Of a stretch of 64,000 nucleotides of DNA, positions 1-11,346 are shown one piece after another. Where the stretch lies: assembly GCA_963769675.1 (NCBI GenBank), contig CAVYMS010000009.1:192008-256007 (forward strand). Reading direction: 5' to 3'. Made by a program: the position numbers and the translations under genes. The stretch is from an uncultured Thermoleophilaceae bacterium. Lineage in GTDB: Bacteria; Actinomycetota; Thermoleophilia; Solirubrobacterales; Thermoleophilaceae. Within the stretch, counting starts at the first letter, position 1. Each line of letters opens with the position of its first letter. The notes under the pieces are model-generated. The model searched no databases and had not been told where the DNA came from. It saw only the letters and a program-made list of their open reading frames with translations.

Positions 1-858
1 CGAGGACGACGCCCTGGCCCAGCTGCGCACCTTTCTCTCCTACCTGCCGGGCAGCGTCTGGGAGGCGCCTCCCGTTACGAGCAGCGCCGACCCCGCGGAC
101 CGCCGCGAGGAGGAGCTGCTGGCGAATCGTGCCGCGCGAGAGCCGCAGCCCCTACGAGGCGCGCCGGATCCTCGACCTGGTGCTGGACTCGGAGTCGCGA
201 TTCGAGCTCGGGCGCGTCGTACGGCCGCTCGCTGATCACCGCGTTCGGGCGTCTGGGGGGACGGCCCGTGGGCGTGCTGGCCAGCGACCCGAAGCACTAC
301 GGCGGCGGACTGACCGCGGAGGCGTCGGAGAAGGCGGCCCGGTTCGTGGACATGTGCGACCAGTTCCACCTGCCGCTGGTGAACATGGTCGACCAGCCCG
401 GCTTCGTGATCGGCACCGACGCGGAGCGCAAGGGCACCATCCGGCGCGGCACCCGCGCGATGTTCTCGATCTACCAGGCAAGCGTGCCGGCGGTGTCGGT
501 GATCGTGCGCAAGGCCTTCGGCGTGGCGGGCGCCGCGCACGGCGACCACTCGCGCCTGAACCTGCGCTACGCGTGGCCGTCGGGCGATTGGGGCTCGCTG
601 CCGATCGAGGGCGGCATCGAGGCGGCGTACAGGCGAGAGCTGGAGGCTGCAGACGACCCGGCCGCGCTGCGTGCCGAGATCGAGGAACGCCTGAACGCCG
701 TGCGCTCGCCGTTCCGCACCGCGGAGCGGTTCGGCATCGAGGAGATCATCGACCCGCGCGACACCCGCCCGCTGCTGTGCGACTGGGCCGAGCGCGCCCA
801 CGAGCTGATCGCGCACGACGTGGCGGCCGGCCCGAAGGCACGCGGCCTGCGTCCCTAG
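1..858 (+). CDS. acyl-CoA carboxylase carboxyltransferase (beta) subunit, 3' portion; 5' end outside window; frame jumps twice
   Basis: ORF 268..858 has carboxyl_trans-type sequence ([45 protein letters not shown]). Homology continues upstream in frame 3 (129..~210, VPRESRSPYEARRILDLVLD) and frame 2 (2..~125). This implies single-base indels near aa 125-126 and ggg 210-212. Confidence 0.8.
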   Translation, partial: RGRRPGPAAHLSLLPAGQRLGGASRYEQRRPRGPPRGGAAGESCRARAAAPTRRAGSSTWCWTRSRDSSSGASYGRSLITAFGRLGGRPVGVLASDPKHYGGGLTAEASEKAARFVDMCDQFHLPLVNMVDQPGFVIGTDAERKGTIRRGTRAMFSIYQASVPAVSVIVRKAFGVAGAAHGDHSRLNLRYAWPSGDWGSLPIEGGIEAAYRRELEAADDPAALRAEIEERLNAVRSPFRTAERFGIEEIIDPRDTRPLLCDWAERAHELIAHDVAAGPKARGLRP

Positions 859-1280
859 GACGGCGCGAGCCGCACCGCCCCGTCGGCGGCCAGCGTCCAG
901 TGCGGGTTGTGGGCCACCTCCCAGGGATGGCCGTCCGGATCGGTGAAGGCGCCCGAGTAGCCGCCCCAGAAGGTCGCGTCGCCGGCCCGAACGATCTCGG
1001 CTCCGGCCCTCTCCGCCTCCGCCAGCACCGCATCCACCGCGGCGGGCGAGGCCACATTGTGGGCCAGGGTGACACCGCCCCAGCCGCCGCCGTCCTCAAC
1101 CCCCGAGTCGGCGGCCAGGCGCTCCCGGTCCCACAGCGCCACGACCATGCCACCGGCCTGGAAGAACACGACATCGTCGTCCGGTCCGGCGCCGGTGGTC
1201 CAGCCCAGGCCTTCGTAGAAGGTGCGCGACCGCGACAGGTCGCGCACCCCGAGGGTCACGACGCTCAGCCGCTGCTCCAT
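855..1280 (-). CDS. VOC (glyoxalase/bleomycin-resistance/dioxygenase) family protein
   Basis: Intact 141-aa ORF. It carries VOC-type motifs LSVVTLGVRDLSRSRTFYEGLGW and FTDPDGHPWEV. Its stop overlaps the convergent carboxyltransferase stop by 4 nt. Confidence 0.8.
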   Translation of the reverse strand: MEQRLSVVTLGVRDLSRSRTFYEGLGWTTGAGPDDDVVFFQAGGMVVALWDRERLAADSGVEDGGGWGGVTLAHNVASPAAVDAVLAEAERAGAEIVRAGDATFWGGYSGAFTDPDGHPWEVAHNPHWTLAADGAVRLAPS

Positions 1281-1296
1281 CAGCGCGGTGCCCCGA

Positions 1297-3445
1297 CTAC
1301 GCCCGGCCCTCCGCGCCCGCCGGCTCGCGCTCCACGTCGATGCGCGGCAGGGTGCGATCGAGCCAGTCCGGGATCCACCAGTTGCGGCTGCCCAGCAGCT
1401 GCATCACGGCTGGCACGAGCACCATTCGCACGACGGTGGCGTCCAGGAAGATCGACGTGGCCAGGCCGATCCCGAACAGCTTCAGGAACGTGTCCGGGGC
1501 CGCGAGGAAGGCCAGGAACACCACGACCATGATGGCCGCGGCCGCCGTGATCACCCGTGCCGTCTTGGCCAGGCCGTCGGCCACCGCGCGGCTGGTGTTG
1601 CCGTGCTTGAGGAATTCCTCGCGGATGCGCGAGATCAGGAAGACCTCGTAGTCCATCGAGAGGCCGAACAGGATCGCGAACATCATCACCGGCAGGAACG
1701 GCGCGATCGGCACCTCCTGGTCGAGCCCGATCAGCCCGCCCAGCGTCCCGCCCTTGGACACCACCGTCATCACGCCGTAGCCGGCGCCGACGGACAGCAG
1801 GTTCATGATCCCCGCCTTGAGCGAGATCAGGGGCGATCGGAAGGCCACCAGCAGCAGCAGGAACGACAGGCCCACGACCCCCGCGACGAAGACGGGAACG
1901 CGGTCGGTGATGTAGTCGCTCTGATCCCTCAGCGCCGCGGTCACGCCCCCGACGCTGGCGCTGATACCGGCCGCGCCGAGTGTCTCGGGGACGATGTCGT
2001 CGCGCAAGCGGCTCACCAGCTCCTCCGTCTCCTTGTCCTGAGGAGAGGTGGTGGGGATCACCGTCACGATCGCGGCATCGCCGGCCTGGTTGACCTGCGC
2101 GGGCGGCACGAAGTCGACCCCGGGGTCGCTGCGCACCCGGTCCGCGAACGCCTCGATGTCGGCCCTCCCGCCCCGCTCGCGCAGTTCCGCGGCGATCACG
2201 AGCGGGCCGTTGGTGCCCGGCCCGAAGCCCTCCGCGTTCAGGTCGTATGCCTGTCGGGTCATGGTGTCGGGCGGGTCGTTGCCGGCGTCGGGGAAGCCCA
2301 GGCGCATCCCCGTGGCGGGGACGGCCAGCGCCAGCAGCAGCACGGTGGCGGTGATCGCGGCGATCCAGGGGCGCCGCTGGACGGCGTGGCTCCAGCGCGC
2401 GGCGGGCGACTCCGAGTTGCCCTCCGTCTTGAGCGTCCGCCCGAGGAACGGGAAGCCGGAAGCGATCGACCTTCGGTCCCAGGTAGGAGAGGAGCGCCGG
2501 CAGCAGGGTGATCGACGCCAGCATCACGACCAGGACCGCGAGCGAGGCCGACAGGGCCACGCCGTACATGTAGGGCAGTCCGGTGAAGAACAGGCCGAGG
2601 ACCGCGATCACCACGGTGCCGCCGGCGATGATCACGCTGCGGCCGGCGGTCGTGACCGCTTCGACGACGGCGTCGTGGCGGTCCTTGCCGTCGTGCAGAG
2701 CCGAGCGGAACCGCGTCAGTACGAGCAGCGCGTAGTCGATCCCCACGCCGATGCCGATCAGGCCCGACACGGCGGTGGTCCAGTCGGGCACATCGATCAC
2801 GTTGGCCAGCAGCACGATCAGGCCGCCCGATGAGATGCCCAGCCCCACCAGGGCGATCACCAGCGGCAGGCCGGCGGCCACGACGGAGCCGAACGCGATC
2901 AGGAGCACGATCGCGGCGCCCAGGAAGCCGATGCCCTCGGGGCTCGCGGCCTCCTGCGCGGCGTAGATCGGGTCCCCGCCCAGCTTGATCTGGAGCCCGT
3001 CGCCGCTGTTGTCCTCCGCGGCGGCGATCAGCTTCTCGCCGTCCTCCTTGGGCACGTCCCAGCCCGGGACGGTGAGCGGCAGGGTGCTGGACCCGATCGT
3101 GCCGTCCTCGGAGACGCGGGTCGGGGTCTGCGCCGCCACGTTGTCGACCTTCCGCGCCTCGGCGAAGAAGGCGTTCACGCGCTCCCTGGCATTGGCGCCA
3201 CGCGCGCCCGCCTCGTCCTCCCAGACCACGTAGATCTCCTGGCCCGAGTAGCCCTCGAAGCGATCCTCGGTGATCTCGCTGGCGGCCTTGGACTCCGATC
3301 CCGGCGTGTTGTAGTCGGCGTTGTACTCGCCCGCCAGGGACGATCCCACGCCGATGATCACGATCGTCGCGACGATCCAGGCCAGGACCATGCGGCCGCG
3401 GCGGCGGTAGGCGATGTCGGCGATTCGGGCCAGGCGACGCGTCAT
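1297..3445 (-). CDS. MMPL family (RND-like) membrane transporter, one frame jump
   Basis: The N-terminal half lies in the frame of ORF 1280..3445 (MTRRLARIADIAYRRRGRMVLAWIV...LLSYLGPKVDRFRLP). The C-terminal half is ORF 1297..2343 (LFGLSMDYEVFLISRIREEF). The second frame read upstream gives PFLGRTLKTEGNSESPAARWSHAVQRRPW, so the jump sits at the ggg run 2450-2452. Confidence 0.85.
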
Positions 3446-3574
3446 CTCTTGAGCTTCCCTTCTCTTGTCATTGGAGTCGTGATGCCCCTGGGACCGTGGG
3501 CGGGGACGTAACTCATCGGCCCCGCATCCTCCCAGGGAGGCACCGCCGGCTCGGATTCGGCTGCCCGGCCAAGG

Positions 3575-3596
3575 GGGGTGCGGCTAACCGCACCCC
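3575..3596 (-). terminator. GC-rich stem-loop directly after the small-ORF stop (terminator-like, no U tract)
   Basis: GGGGTGCGG (3575-3583), CTAA loop, CCGCACCCC (3588-3596): a perfect 9-bp stem read by eye. It abuts the stop codon at 3596-3598 of the minus-strand ORF. There is no T-rich tail on the minus strand. Confidence 0.3.
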
Positions 3597-3787
3597 TATT
3601 GCCATACGGCCACGATCGCGCCAACGGCCACCAGCTTGATCAGCCAGTCGCCCGCGTGGATGGCGGCCAGGCGCCAGGGCCGCTCAGCGCGGCCAGCCGG
3701 TCGCCAACAGCGCCGTAGTAGGCGGCCCCGATGGCGAATGCGGCCACGGCGGCCAGCGAGCACGGCCAGGATGTAGACCTCAGGCAT
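3596..3787 (-). CDS. small hydrophobic (two-helix) membrane protein, hypothetical; two compensating frame jumps
   Basis: ORF 3596..3787 starts MPEVYILAVLA and ends DWLIKLVAVGAIVAVWQ. The middle reads better in the overlapping frame of ORF 3640..3843 (AVAAFAIGAAYYGAVGDRLAAL). ATG 3787 overlaps the stop of the upstream gene (GATGCCTGA). Confidence 0.4.
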   Translation of the reverse strand: MPEVYILAVLAGRRGRIRHRGRLLRRCWRPAGRAERPWRLAAIHAGDWLIKLVAVGAIVAVWQ

Positions 3788-4464
3788 CGGTCTCGCCTCC
3801 CTCGAGCTCGGACTTGAGCGCGACGAGGCGCTCGCGCCACCACGCCTTCATCTCGTCGGCGGTGTCGGCGTCCGGCAGCCGCTCGTGGGAGAGCGCGACC
3901 CTGCTCTTGGACTCGCCCGCGTCCTCGAAGCCCGACGATCAGGCGCGTTGATCCGTCCTCCCAGTCGTAGCGGGCCGATCTTCGGAGCCGTGGCGGTCCG
4001 CACGCTCATGTCCGCTCCCGGCAGCCATCGCTCTCGTAGCGGACGGCTCCTCGAACGCGTCGAACAGCCGCGCCACGGGCACCGCGATCGTCTTCGAGGC
4101 GCCCACCGCGAAGCCGTCCGCATGTTCGCCCGGGGCGCGCAGCCCGCGCGCCCGCTCGTAGCCGACCGTGATCGACTGCGCGTACCAGCCGTCCACGCCG
4201 TGCTCCTCCCTCAGCCAACGGGCGATCTCCGTGTGGGTGCGCCTGGTCGCGCCCCATGCGTCGAGGGTCCTCGAACCAGGCCTGCCAGCCGCGTCCGGTC
4301 GCCTCGGTCACGCGCTCGTCGGCGACCGGCGGCTGGAAGTCCGCCACGGCGGCCTCCGGGGTGTCGCCGCCCTGGATCAGCATCCTCCGGGCGGCCGTGT
4401 AGCTCTCGCCGGTCTTGGCCATCCGCTCGCGCACGCGGCGCTTGAAGGTCCTCTGCTTGGTCAT
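3780..4464 (-). CDS. hypothetical protein; helical N-terminus, a GWYAQSITVGYERARG segment (DUF4287-like) and an SRPBCC-like C-terminus; several frame jumps
   Basis: Pieces sit in three frames. ORF 4006..4560 gives MTKQRTFKRRVRERMAKTGESYTAARRML. ORF 3939..4196 gives DGWYAQSITVGYERARGLRAPGEHADGFAVGASKTIAVPVARLFDAFEEPS. ORF 3848..4123 gives RERWLPGADMSVRTATAPK. The hand-translated tail is ...SRVALSHERLPDADTADEMKAWWRERLVALKSELEGGETDA, with stop at 3780-3782. Confidence 0.55.
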
Positions 4465-4694
4465 GTCGGATGCTCCTCTGCGGCGGATGGCACCGGGACT
4501 CACGCTCCCGAGGCCCCGCCGAAAAGGGGCTCGACGACCATCCCGATGGCTCGGAGCCACCTTTACCTCCGCGGGCCGGCGGCGTGAGCGCCGGGTTGGA
4601 GGTCGGGCGCGGGAACAGCGCCTAGAAACGACTATATGCCCCTTAGACCGCGGCGCGCGCGAGAACTCATCGCACCGGCGCGAAGAATCTTGGT

Positions 4695-6478
4695 CTAGTC
4701 GTCGCCGTCAGGCGAGGAGATCGTGGCGATCGGGTCGCCGGCCGAGATCGGCTTGCCCTCCTCGATGGGCAGCTCGGCGATGGTGCCGGCCTTGTGGGCG
4801 GTGATCTCGTTCTCCATCTTCATCGCCTCGATGATGCAGAGCAGCTGGCCCTCCTCGACGGCGTCGCCCTGCTTGACCACGACCTTCCACATGTTGCCCT
4901 GCAGCGGCGAGGTGATCTGGTCGGGGCCGCCCGCGGCCGAGCTGGTGCGCTCGCGAGCGCTTGGGCGGCTTGCGCGCGGCCGGGGCCGCCCCGTTCCCGC
5001 CGCCGCCGGCGAACGCCTCGCCGATGACCTTCACGTCGAAGCGGCGCCCCGACACCTCCACCGCGTAGTCGCGCTCGACCTTGGGCTCGTCGTCCTCGTC
5101 GGCCTGGGCGTCCGGCTTCGGGAAGGCCAGCGCCTTGAGCCAGTCCTTGTCCTCCACCAGGTCGCGGCAGGTCTCGCCCGCGCGCCACTGGTCGGTGTCC
5201 AGCAGCGCCGAGTGGAACGGGATCAGTGTCTTCAGCCCGCCGATCTCGTACTCGGACAGCGCCCTGAGCATCCGCTTGGTGGACGCCTCGCGGTCCACGT
5301 CCCAGACGATCAGCTTCGCGATCATCGGGTCGTACAGCGGGAGCACCTCGTAGCCGGCCTCGGCGCCGGAGTCCACGCGCACGCCGGGGCCGCTCGGCGG
5401 CACGTATGAGGTGACCTTGCCGGGCGCGGGCGCGAACTTCTTGGACGCGTCCTCGGCGTTGATCCGGCACTCGATCGCGTGCCCGCGAATCTCGATGTCC
5501 TCCTGGGCGAAGGGCAGCTCGTCGCCCGCGGCGATCCGCAGCTGCTCGCGCACGATGTCGATGCCGGTGACCATCTCGGTCACGCAGTGCTCGACCTGCA
5601 CGCGGGTGTTCATCTCGAGGAAGAAGTACTCGCCGTCCTGGAGCAGGCCCTCGATCGTGCCCGCGGAGCGGTAGCCCACGGCCTTGGCGGCGTCGGTGCC
5701 GATCTTGCCGATCTTCTCGCGCAGCTCGGGGTCGACGGCGGGTGCCGGGCTCTCCTCGATCAGCTTCTGGTGGCGGCGCTGAACCGAGCAGTCGCGCTCG
5801 AACAGGTGCACCACGTTGCCGTGCGAGTCCGCCAGCACCTGCACCTCCACGTGGCGCGGGTCGGGCAGGTAGCGCTCGATGTAGACGGTGGAGTCCGAGA
5901 AGAACTTCTCGCCCTCGCGCGCGGCGCCCTCGAAGGCGTCCGCCAGCTCGTCCTCGGACAGCGCCACGCGGAAGCCCTTGCCGCCGCCGCCGCCGGCCGC
6001 CTTGATCGCCACCGGGTAGCCGACGTCGGCCTCCACGATCGCCTTGGCGTCCTCCACCGACTCGACCGGGTCGGTGGTGCCGGGCACGATCGGCACCCCG
6101 GCGTCCTTCATCAGCTCGCGGGCGCGCGTCTTCGAGCCCATGGCGTCGATGGCGTCGGCAGGCGGGCCCACGAACACGATGCCCGCCTCGTCGCAGGCGC
6201 GCGCGAAGGCCGAGTTCTCCGCCAGGAAGCCGTAGCCGGGGTGGATGGCCTCGGCGCCGGCCTGCTTGGCCGCCTCGATGATCTTCTCGACCACCAGGTA
6301 GCTCTCGGCGGCCGGCCCAGGGCCCAGCAGATACGCCTCGTCGGCGCGCCGGACGTGCGGGCGCGTCGCGGTCGGGCTCGGAGTACACGGCCACCGTGCC
6401 GACCCCGAGCTCCTCCAGCGTGCGCATCACCCGGATGGCGATCTCACCTCGGTTGGCGACCAGGACCTTCGAGAACAT
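4695..6478 (-). CDS. accA: acetyl/propionyl-CoA carboxylase alpha subunit (biotin carboxylase + biotinyl carrier domain), two frame jumps
   Basis: Starts [25 protein letters not shown] at ATG 6478. ATP-grasp motifs are GGGGKGFRV and [10 protein letters not shown]. The C-terminal lipoyl/biotinyl domain carries EAMKMENEI (ORF 4695..4892). The frame jumps at ggg 6359-6361 and near 4950. Confidence 0.9.
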
Positions 6479-6562
6479 GCGGCGCGGAAGGGTACCGGGC
6501 GCGCAGGCGGGCCGGGAGCGGACCGCCGCCCATCCTTCTGACCAGCTGCCCATACTCCCGCT

Positions 6563-8494
6563 GTGAGGCGCACCTTCGTGACCGGCGCCGTGCTCGCGGC
6601 TGCGGTCCCGCTCTGCGGGCTCGCCGCCGCCCCGCCCGCCGCGGCGATCGACTTCTGCGCGCCCTCCGAACGTGAATGCTCGCGATTCGTGGTGCCGCTG
6701 GACCGCTCGGGGGCGGTGCCCGGGCGCGTGGGCCTCCAGGTGGAGGTCAGCCGGCCCCGCAGGCCCAGGCGCCCGCCGATCTTCTTCCTGGCCGGCGGTC
6801 CCGGCCAGTCGGCCACCCGTGCCTTCGATTCGGAGACCATCGCCGACCTCATGGGCGCCGAGCGCCGGAACCGCACCGTGGTGGTCATGGACCAGCGCGG
6901 AACCGGGGACTCGGACGTGCTGCGCTGCCCGCGTCTGGAGCGGGCCGGGGTCCTGGCCGGCCCCGAGGCCGCGGCCGCGTGTGCGCGCTCCCTGGGGGCA
7001 CGGCGGGCGTTCTACACGACGCGCGAGGCGGTGGCCGACATCGAGGCCGTCCGGGCGGAGCTGGGAGCGCCGCGGATAGCGATCTACGGGGCGTCGTACG
7101 GGACCAAGGTCGCGCTGACCTACGCGCTGACCCACCCGACCAGGGTCGAGCGACTGGCGCTCGACTCGGTGCTGGAGGAGTCCGGTCCCGACCCGCTCTA
7201 CAGGGAGAGCTTCGCCGCAGCGCCGCGTGTACTGAGCGCGCTGTGCCGCGGCGGCGCCTGCCGTCGGAGCTCTCGCCGGCCCGCGCGCGACCTGGCCCGG
7301 TTGGCGGCTCGGCTGGAGCGCCGGCCACTGCGTGGGCGGGTGTTCGACGGCCGCGGCCGCGGTCGCCGGGTGGCTCTCGACGGGTTCGGGCTGTTCTCGG
7401 TGCTCGTGGCCGGGGACTTCGACCCGACGCTCAGGGCGGAGTTTCCCGCCGACGTGCGCAACGCCCTCCGCGGTGACCCCGCGCCGCTGCTGCGCGCCGC
7501 GGTTCGCGCCGCGGCGCTGGAATCGGAGACCGGCGATCCGCGCAGCCTGAGCATCGCGGCCTACGCCGCGGCCACCTGCGAGGAGTCGCCGTTGCCGTGG
7601 TCGCCAAGCGCCGGACCGGGTGAGCGCCGGCGCCAGGCGCAAGCGCTGATCGGGGCCCTGCCCACGTCCGCGTTCGCACCGTTCGGGCGCAGAGCCGCGC
7701 TCGGCAGCGACGTCTTGCGGTTGTGTCAGGGCTGGCCACACGGCGTGGCGCCGCCGGCTGTTACCGGCCCGCTGCCGCGCGTGCCGCTGCTGCTGCTCGA
7801 AGGCGAGGGCGATGTCCGGACCCCGGTCGAGAGCGCGAGGCGGGTGGCGGCGCGGGTCCCGGGCGCTCAGCTATTGGTGGTCCGCGACGGGGGTCATGGT
7901 GCGCTGGGCTCGGAGGGCTCCGGATGCGTCGACCGCAACTTCCGCCGCTTCCTGGCCGGTGTGCGATCGCTGCGCTGCGCCCGCGGGCGGCGGACCGTCC
8001 GGCCAACGCGCCCTGCGCCGCTGAGCCTGAGAGAGGTCCGGCCCGCCGGCGGAAGGGGCGGGCGGGTCGCGCGTGTGATCTCCGCGGTGCGTCTGACCTT
8101 CGCCGACACGAACCGCACCCTCGAAGCTGCCGCACTCGATGCGCTCGAGCAGCTGTTGTTCGACTTCGACGGGCCGCGGGTGGTCCTTCGCGCGGGAGGT
8201 TTGAGGGGCGGGTATCTCGCGGTCGACCTTGAGCGCGCTCGCGTGACGATCCGGCGGCTGCAGTTCGTGCCCGGCGTGCGGCTCAGCGGCACGATCGTCT
8301 CCCCGACCCCACGCCGCGCGCGCGGCCGAGTGCGCGTCCAGGCTCGCGGCGCAAGTGGCACGCTCCATTTGAGGGGCAACCGGCTCGTCGGCCGGCTGGG
8401 CGGCACCCCCGTCAGCATCAACGCCGATCCACCCGCGGCCCGCGATGCGCTCGCGTCGGCCTCCGCGAATCGGCGCCGTCCCCGCCTGCGCTGA
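6563..8494 (+). CDS. secreted alpha/beta hydrolase (tripeptidyl-aminopeptidase-like) with a C-terminal extension
   Basis: Intact 643-aa ORF. It has a signal-peptide-like N-terminus ([28 protein letters not shown]), an HGGPG-like [10 protein letters not shown] motif and a nucleophile-elbow-like GASYG. The last ~150 aa are an extra Arg/Gly-rich beta-type region. Confidence 0.75.
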   Translation: MRRTFVTGAVLAAAVPLCGLAAAPPAAAIDFCAPSERECSRFVVPLDRSGAVPGRVGLQVEVSRPRRPRRPPIFFLAGGPGQSATRAFDSETIADLMGAERRNRTVVVMDQRGTGDSDVLRCPRLERAGVLAGPEAAAACARSLGARRAFYTTREAVADIEAVRAELGAPRIAIYGASYGTKVALTYALTHPTRVERLALDSVLEESGPDPLYRESFAAAPRVLSALCRGGACRRSSRRPARDLARLAARLERRPLRGRVFDGRGRGRRVALDGFGLFSVLVAGDFDPTLRAEFPADVRNALRGDPAPLLRAAVRAAALESETGDPRSLSIAAYAAATCEESPLPWSPSAGPGERRRQAQALIGALPTSAFAPFGRRAALGSDVLRLCQGWPHGVAPPAVTGPLPRVPLLLLEGEGDVRTPVESARRVAARVPGAQLLVVRDGGHGALGSEGSGCVDRNFRRFLAGVRSLRCARGRRTVRPTRPAPLSLREVRPAGGRGGRVARVISAVRLTFADTNRTLEAAALDALEQLLFDFDGPRVVLRAGGLRGGYLAVDLERARVTIRRLQFVPGVRLSGTIVSPTPRRARGRVRVQARGASGTLHLRGNRLVGRLGGTPVSINADPPAARDALASASANRRRPRLR

Positions 8495-8504
8495 CTCCGG
8501 ACTT

Positions 8505-9796
8505 CTAGCCCGCGATCATGCCCGCACCGACCGTGTCGTTGGTCGCCTCGTCGATGAGGACGAAGCTGCCGGTGGGGCGGTTGCGCGCGTAGGGATCGGC
8601 CACGAGCGGCGCGCTCAGGCGCAGGCTCACCCGGCCGATGTCGTTGAGCGCGAGCTCCTTGGCGCGCTCGGGCTCCAGCGTGTGCACGTCCACGCGGTGC
8701 TCGACCTCGTCGACCACCGCGCGGGCGGTGCGGGTGGTGTGCTTGATCGCGTAGCGCGCGCCGGCGCGTCAGCGGCTCGTCGGCCATCCAGCACACGTCG
8801 GCGGTCAGCTCGCGGACGGGCTCGGGTGCGTCTCGGGCCGGCAGAGCATGTCGCCGCGCCCCAGGTCCAGGTCGTCCTCCAGCAGCAGCGTGACCGACAT
8901 CGGCGGGTAGGCCTGGTCGAGCTCGCCGTCGAAGGTGTCGATCGCCGCGATCCGGGTGCGCCGCCCGGAGGGCAGCGCCACCACCTCGTCGCCCGGGGCC
9001 AGCACGCCGCCGGCCACCTGGCCGGCGTAGCCGCGGTAGTCGGGGCGCTCGGACGGGTGCGGGCGGATGACCCACTGCACCGGGAAGCGGGCGTCGTCGA
9101 AGTCGCGGTCCGACGCCACCTCCACGTGCTCGAGGTGGTGCAGCAGCGTCGGCCCCTGGTACCAGGGCATTTCCGCGGAGCGGTCGACGACGTTGTCGCC
9201 GAGCAGCGCGCTCACCGGGATGAAGCTGGTCTCCAGGAAGTCCAGGCCGCCGGCGAAGTCGGTGAACTCGTCGCGGATGCGCCTCGAAGACGCTCCTCGC
9301 TCCAGTCCACGAGGTCCATCTTGTTCACGCACACCACCAGGTGCGGGATCCGCAGCAGCGAGGCGATGAAGGCGTGGCGCTTGCTCTGCTCCACGACGCC
9401 GGCGCGGGCGTCGACGAGCACCAGCGACAGGTCGGCGGTGGACGCGCCCGTGACCATGTTGCGCGTGTACTGCTCGTGGCCGGGCGTGTCGGCGATGATG
9501 AACTTGCGCGCGGCGTCTGGAAGTAGCGGTAGGCCACGTCGATCGTGATGCCCTGCTCGCGCTCGGCGCGCAGGCCGTCGGTGAGCAGCGCCAGGTTCAC
9601 GTAGCCGTCGCCGCGGCGCTCGGAGACCTCCTCGACGTGCGCGAGCTGGTCCTGCGAGCACCTGCTTGGAGTCGAACAGCAGCCGGCCGATCAGCGTGCA
9701 CTTGCCGTCGTCGACGGAGCCGGAGGTGGCGAGCCGGAGCAGGCTGGGCGCCAGTCCTCGACGGCGCGACGGCCGGTGCCGCTCAACGACGGCCAC
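8505..9796 (-). CDS. cysN: sulfate adenylyltransferase subunit 1 (GTPase), no APS-kinase domain; at least five frame jumps
   Basis: G-domain motifs are [26 protein letters not shown] and NKMDLV. The beta-barrel domains end in GAGMIAG. Pieces lie in ORFs 9212..9796, 9325..9600, 8805..9332, part of 7894..9075, and 8505..8717. GTG 9796 shares one base with the cysD stop. Confidence 0.85.
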
Positions 9797-10727
9797 TAGA
9801 AGTAGCCCTCACGCTTCCGGTCCTCCATCGCCGCCTCGGTCACGCGGTCGTCCGCGCGGGTCTCGCCGCGCTCGGTGATGCGGGTGGCGGCGATCTCGGC
9901 CACCACCTCGTCGAGCGTGGCCGCGGTGGAGCGCACGCCGCCGGTGCAGCTCATGTCGCCCACGGTCCGGTAGCGCACCGACTCCTCGAACGGCTCCTCG
10001 CCGTCGATGAGCTCCACGATGCGGGGAGAGGGCGTAGAGCATCCCGTCGCGCTCGAAGACCTCGCGCTCGTGCGCGAAGTAGATCGACGGCACCTCCAGC
10101 TCCTCCTCGGCGATGTAGCTCCACACGTCCAGCTCGGTCCAGTTGGAGAGCGGGAACACGCGCACGTGCTCGCCGTGGCGGATGCGCCCGTTGTAGAGGT
10201 TCCACAGCTCGGGCCGCTGGGCCTTGGGGTCCCACTGGCCGAAGTCGTCGCGGAACGACAGCATCCGCTCCTTCGCGCGCGCGCGCTCCTCGTCGCGGCG
10301 CGCGCCGCCGAAGGCGGCGTCGAAGCCGTGCTCCTCGATCGCGTCGAGCAGCGTGACCGTCTGCAGCCGGTTGCGCGAGGCGCGCGGCCCGCTCTCCTCG
10401 GTCACGCGGCCGGAGTCGATCGAGTCCTGCACCGAGGCCACGATCAGCCGCTCGCCCAGCTCGGCGACGCGGCGGTCGCGGAACTCGATCGCCTCGGGGA
10501 AGTTGTGGCCGGTGTCCACGTGCATCACCGGGAACGGGAAGCCGCCGGGGCGGAAGGCCTTCTCGGCCAGCCGCAGCAGCACGATCGAGTCCTTGCCGCC
10601 GCAGAACAGCAGCACGGGGCGCTCGAGCTCGGCCGCCACCTCGCGGAACAGGTGGATGGCCTCGGACTCCAGCGCGCGCAGGTGGGACAGCTCGAGGTGC
10701 TGCGCGGCGTGTGACGGTGACGCTCAT
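9796..10727 (-). CDS. cysD: sulfate adenylyltransferase subunit 2, two frame jumps
   Basis: Motifs are [34 protein letters not shown] and [17 protein letters not shown]. The C-terminus [23 protein letters not shown] lies in ORF 9796..10017. ATG 10727 overlaps the cysH stop (ATGA). The frame jumps near 10709 and near 10020. Confidence 0.9.
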
Positions 10728-11346
10728 GACACGTGCAGGCCGCACTCGGTCTTGTCCGAGCCGGCCCAGCGGCCCTCGCGGCCGGAGCCCGGCTGGGTGC
10801 AGGGCGCGCAGCCGATCGACGCGTAGCCCTGGTCGTGCAGCGGGTTGTAGGGCAGGTCGTGCTCGGCGATGTAGGCCCACACGTCCTTCTCGGTCCAGTC
10901 GACCAGCGGGTTGAACTTCCAGATCTCGCGCGCTCGTCGTCCCAGCTGCGCTCCTCGGCGGCCGGCGCGCGGTGGGCGCCTGCTCGCGGCGCAGGCCGGT
11001 GATCCAGGCGTCGAGCCCGTCCAGGGCGCTGTTCAGCGCCTCGACCTTGCGCGGAGCCGCAGCAGTTCTCGGCCGTCCAGGGCGCGTGCCGGGCTGGCGG
11101 CGTCGAAGACCTCGACCTTCAGGCCGAAGCGCTGCTCGAACTCGCGCCAGGTGGCGTAGGTCTCGGGGAACAGCACGCCGGTGTCGATCGTGAACACCCG
11201 CGGGTCGGGCACCATCTGGAGCAGCATGTGGAGGAGCACCGTCTCCTCCTTCTGGAAGGAGGACGCGAGCGCGATCCGCGGGTGGTGCTCCTCGAGCGCC
11301 TGCTCGAGCGCCGACGGGCCGCCCGGTCGGGGGCTAGACCGCGCAC
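10724..11346 (-). CDS. cysH: adenylylsulfate (APS) reductase, thioredoxin-dependent type; several frame jumps; start uncertain
   Basis: Hand translation gives [56 protein letters not shown], then [59 protein letters not shown] and ECGLHVS. The CC plus CxxC cysteines are the Fe-S ligands of APS-specific enzymes. Candidate GTG 11346 overlaps the sulfite reductase 3' end. Confidence 0.8.

Noticed and set aside
129-1532. 467-aa plus-strand ORF
   Set aside because: Only its first ~28 codons match the carboxyltransferase, as a frame-jump segment. The rest is antisense to the VOC and MMPL genes and is low complexity.
3442-3624. 60-aa minus-strand ORF upstream of the MMPL gene
   Set aside because: It lies across the MMPL 5' leader and the terminator-like hairpin, has no recognisable features, and overlaps the stop of the small membrane ORF.
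4820-7741. 973-aa ORF on the minus strand spanning accA and the antisense of the hydrolase gene
   Set aside because: Its translation is Arg/Gly/Pro/Ala-rich with no domain-like sequence apart from the short in-frame accA N-terminus. It is a typical stop-poor shadow frame of GC-rich DNA. Real genes with clear motifs occupy the same DNA.
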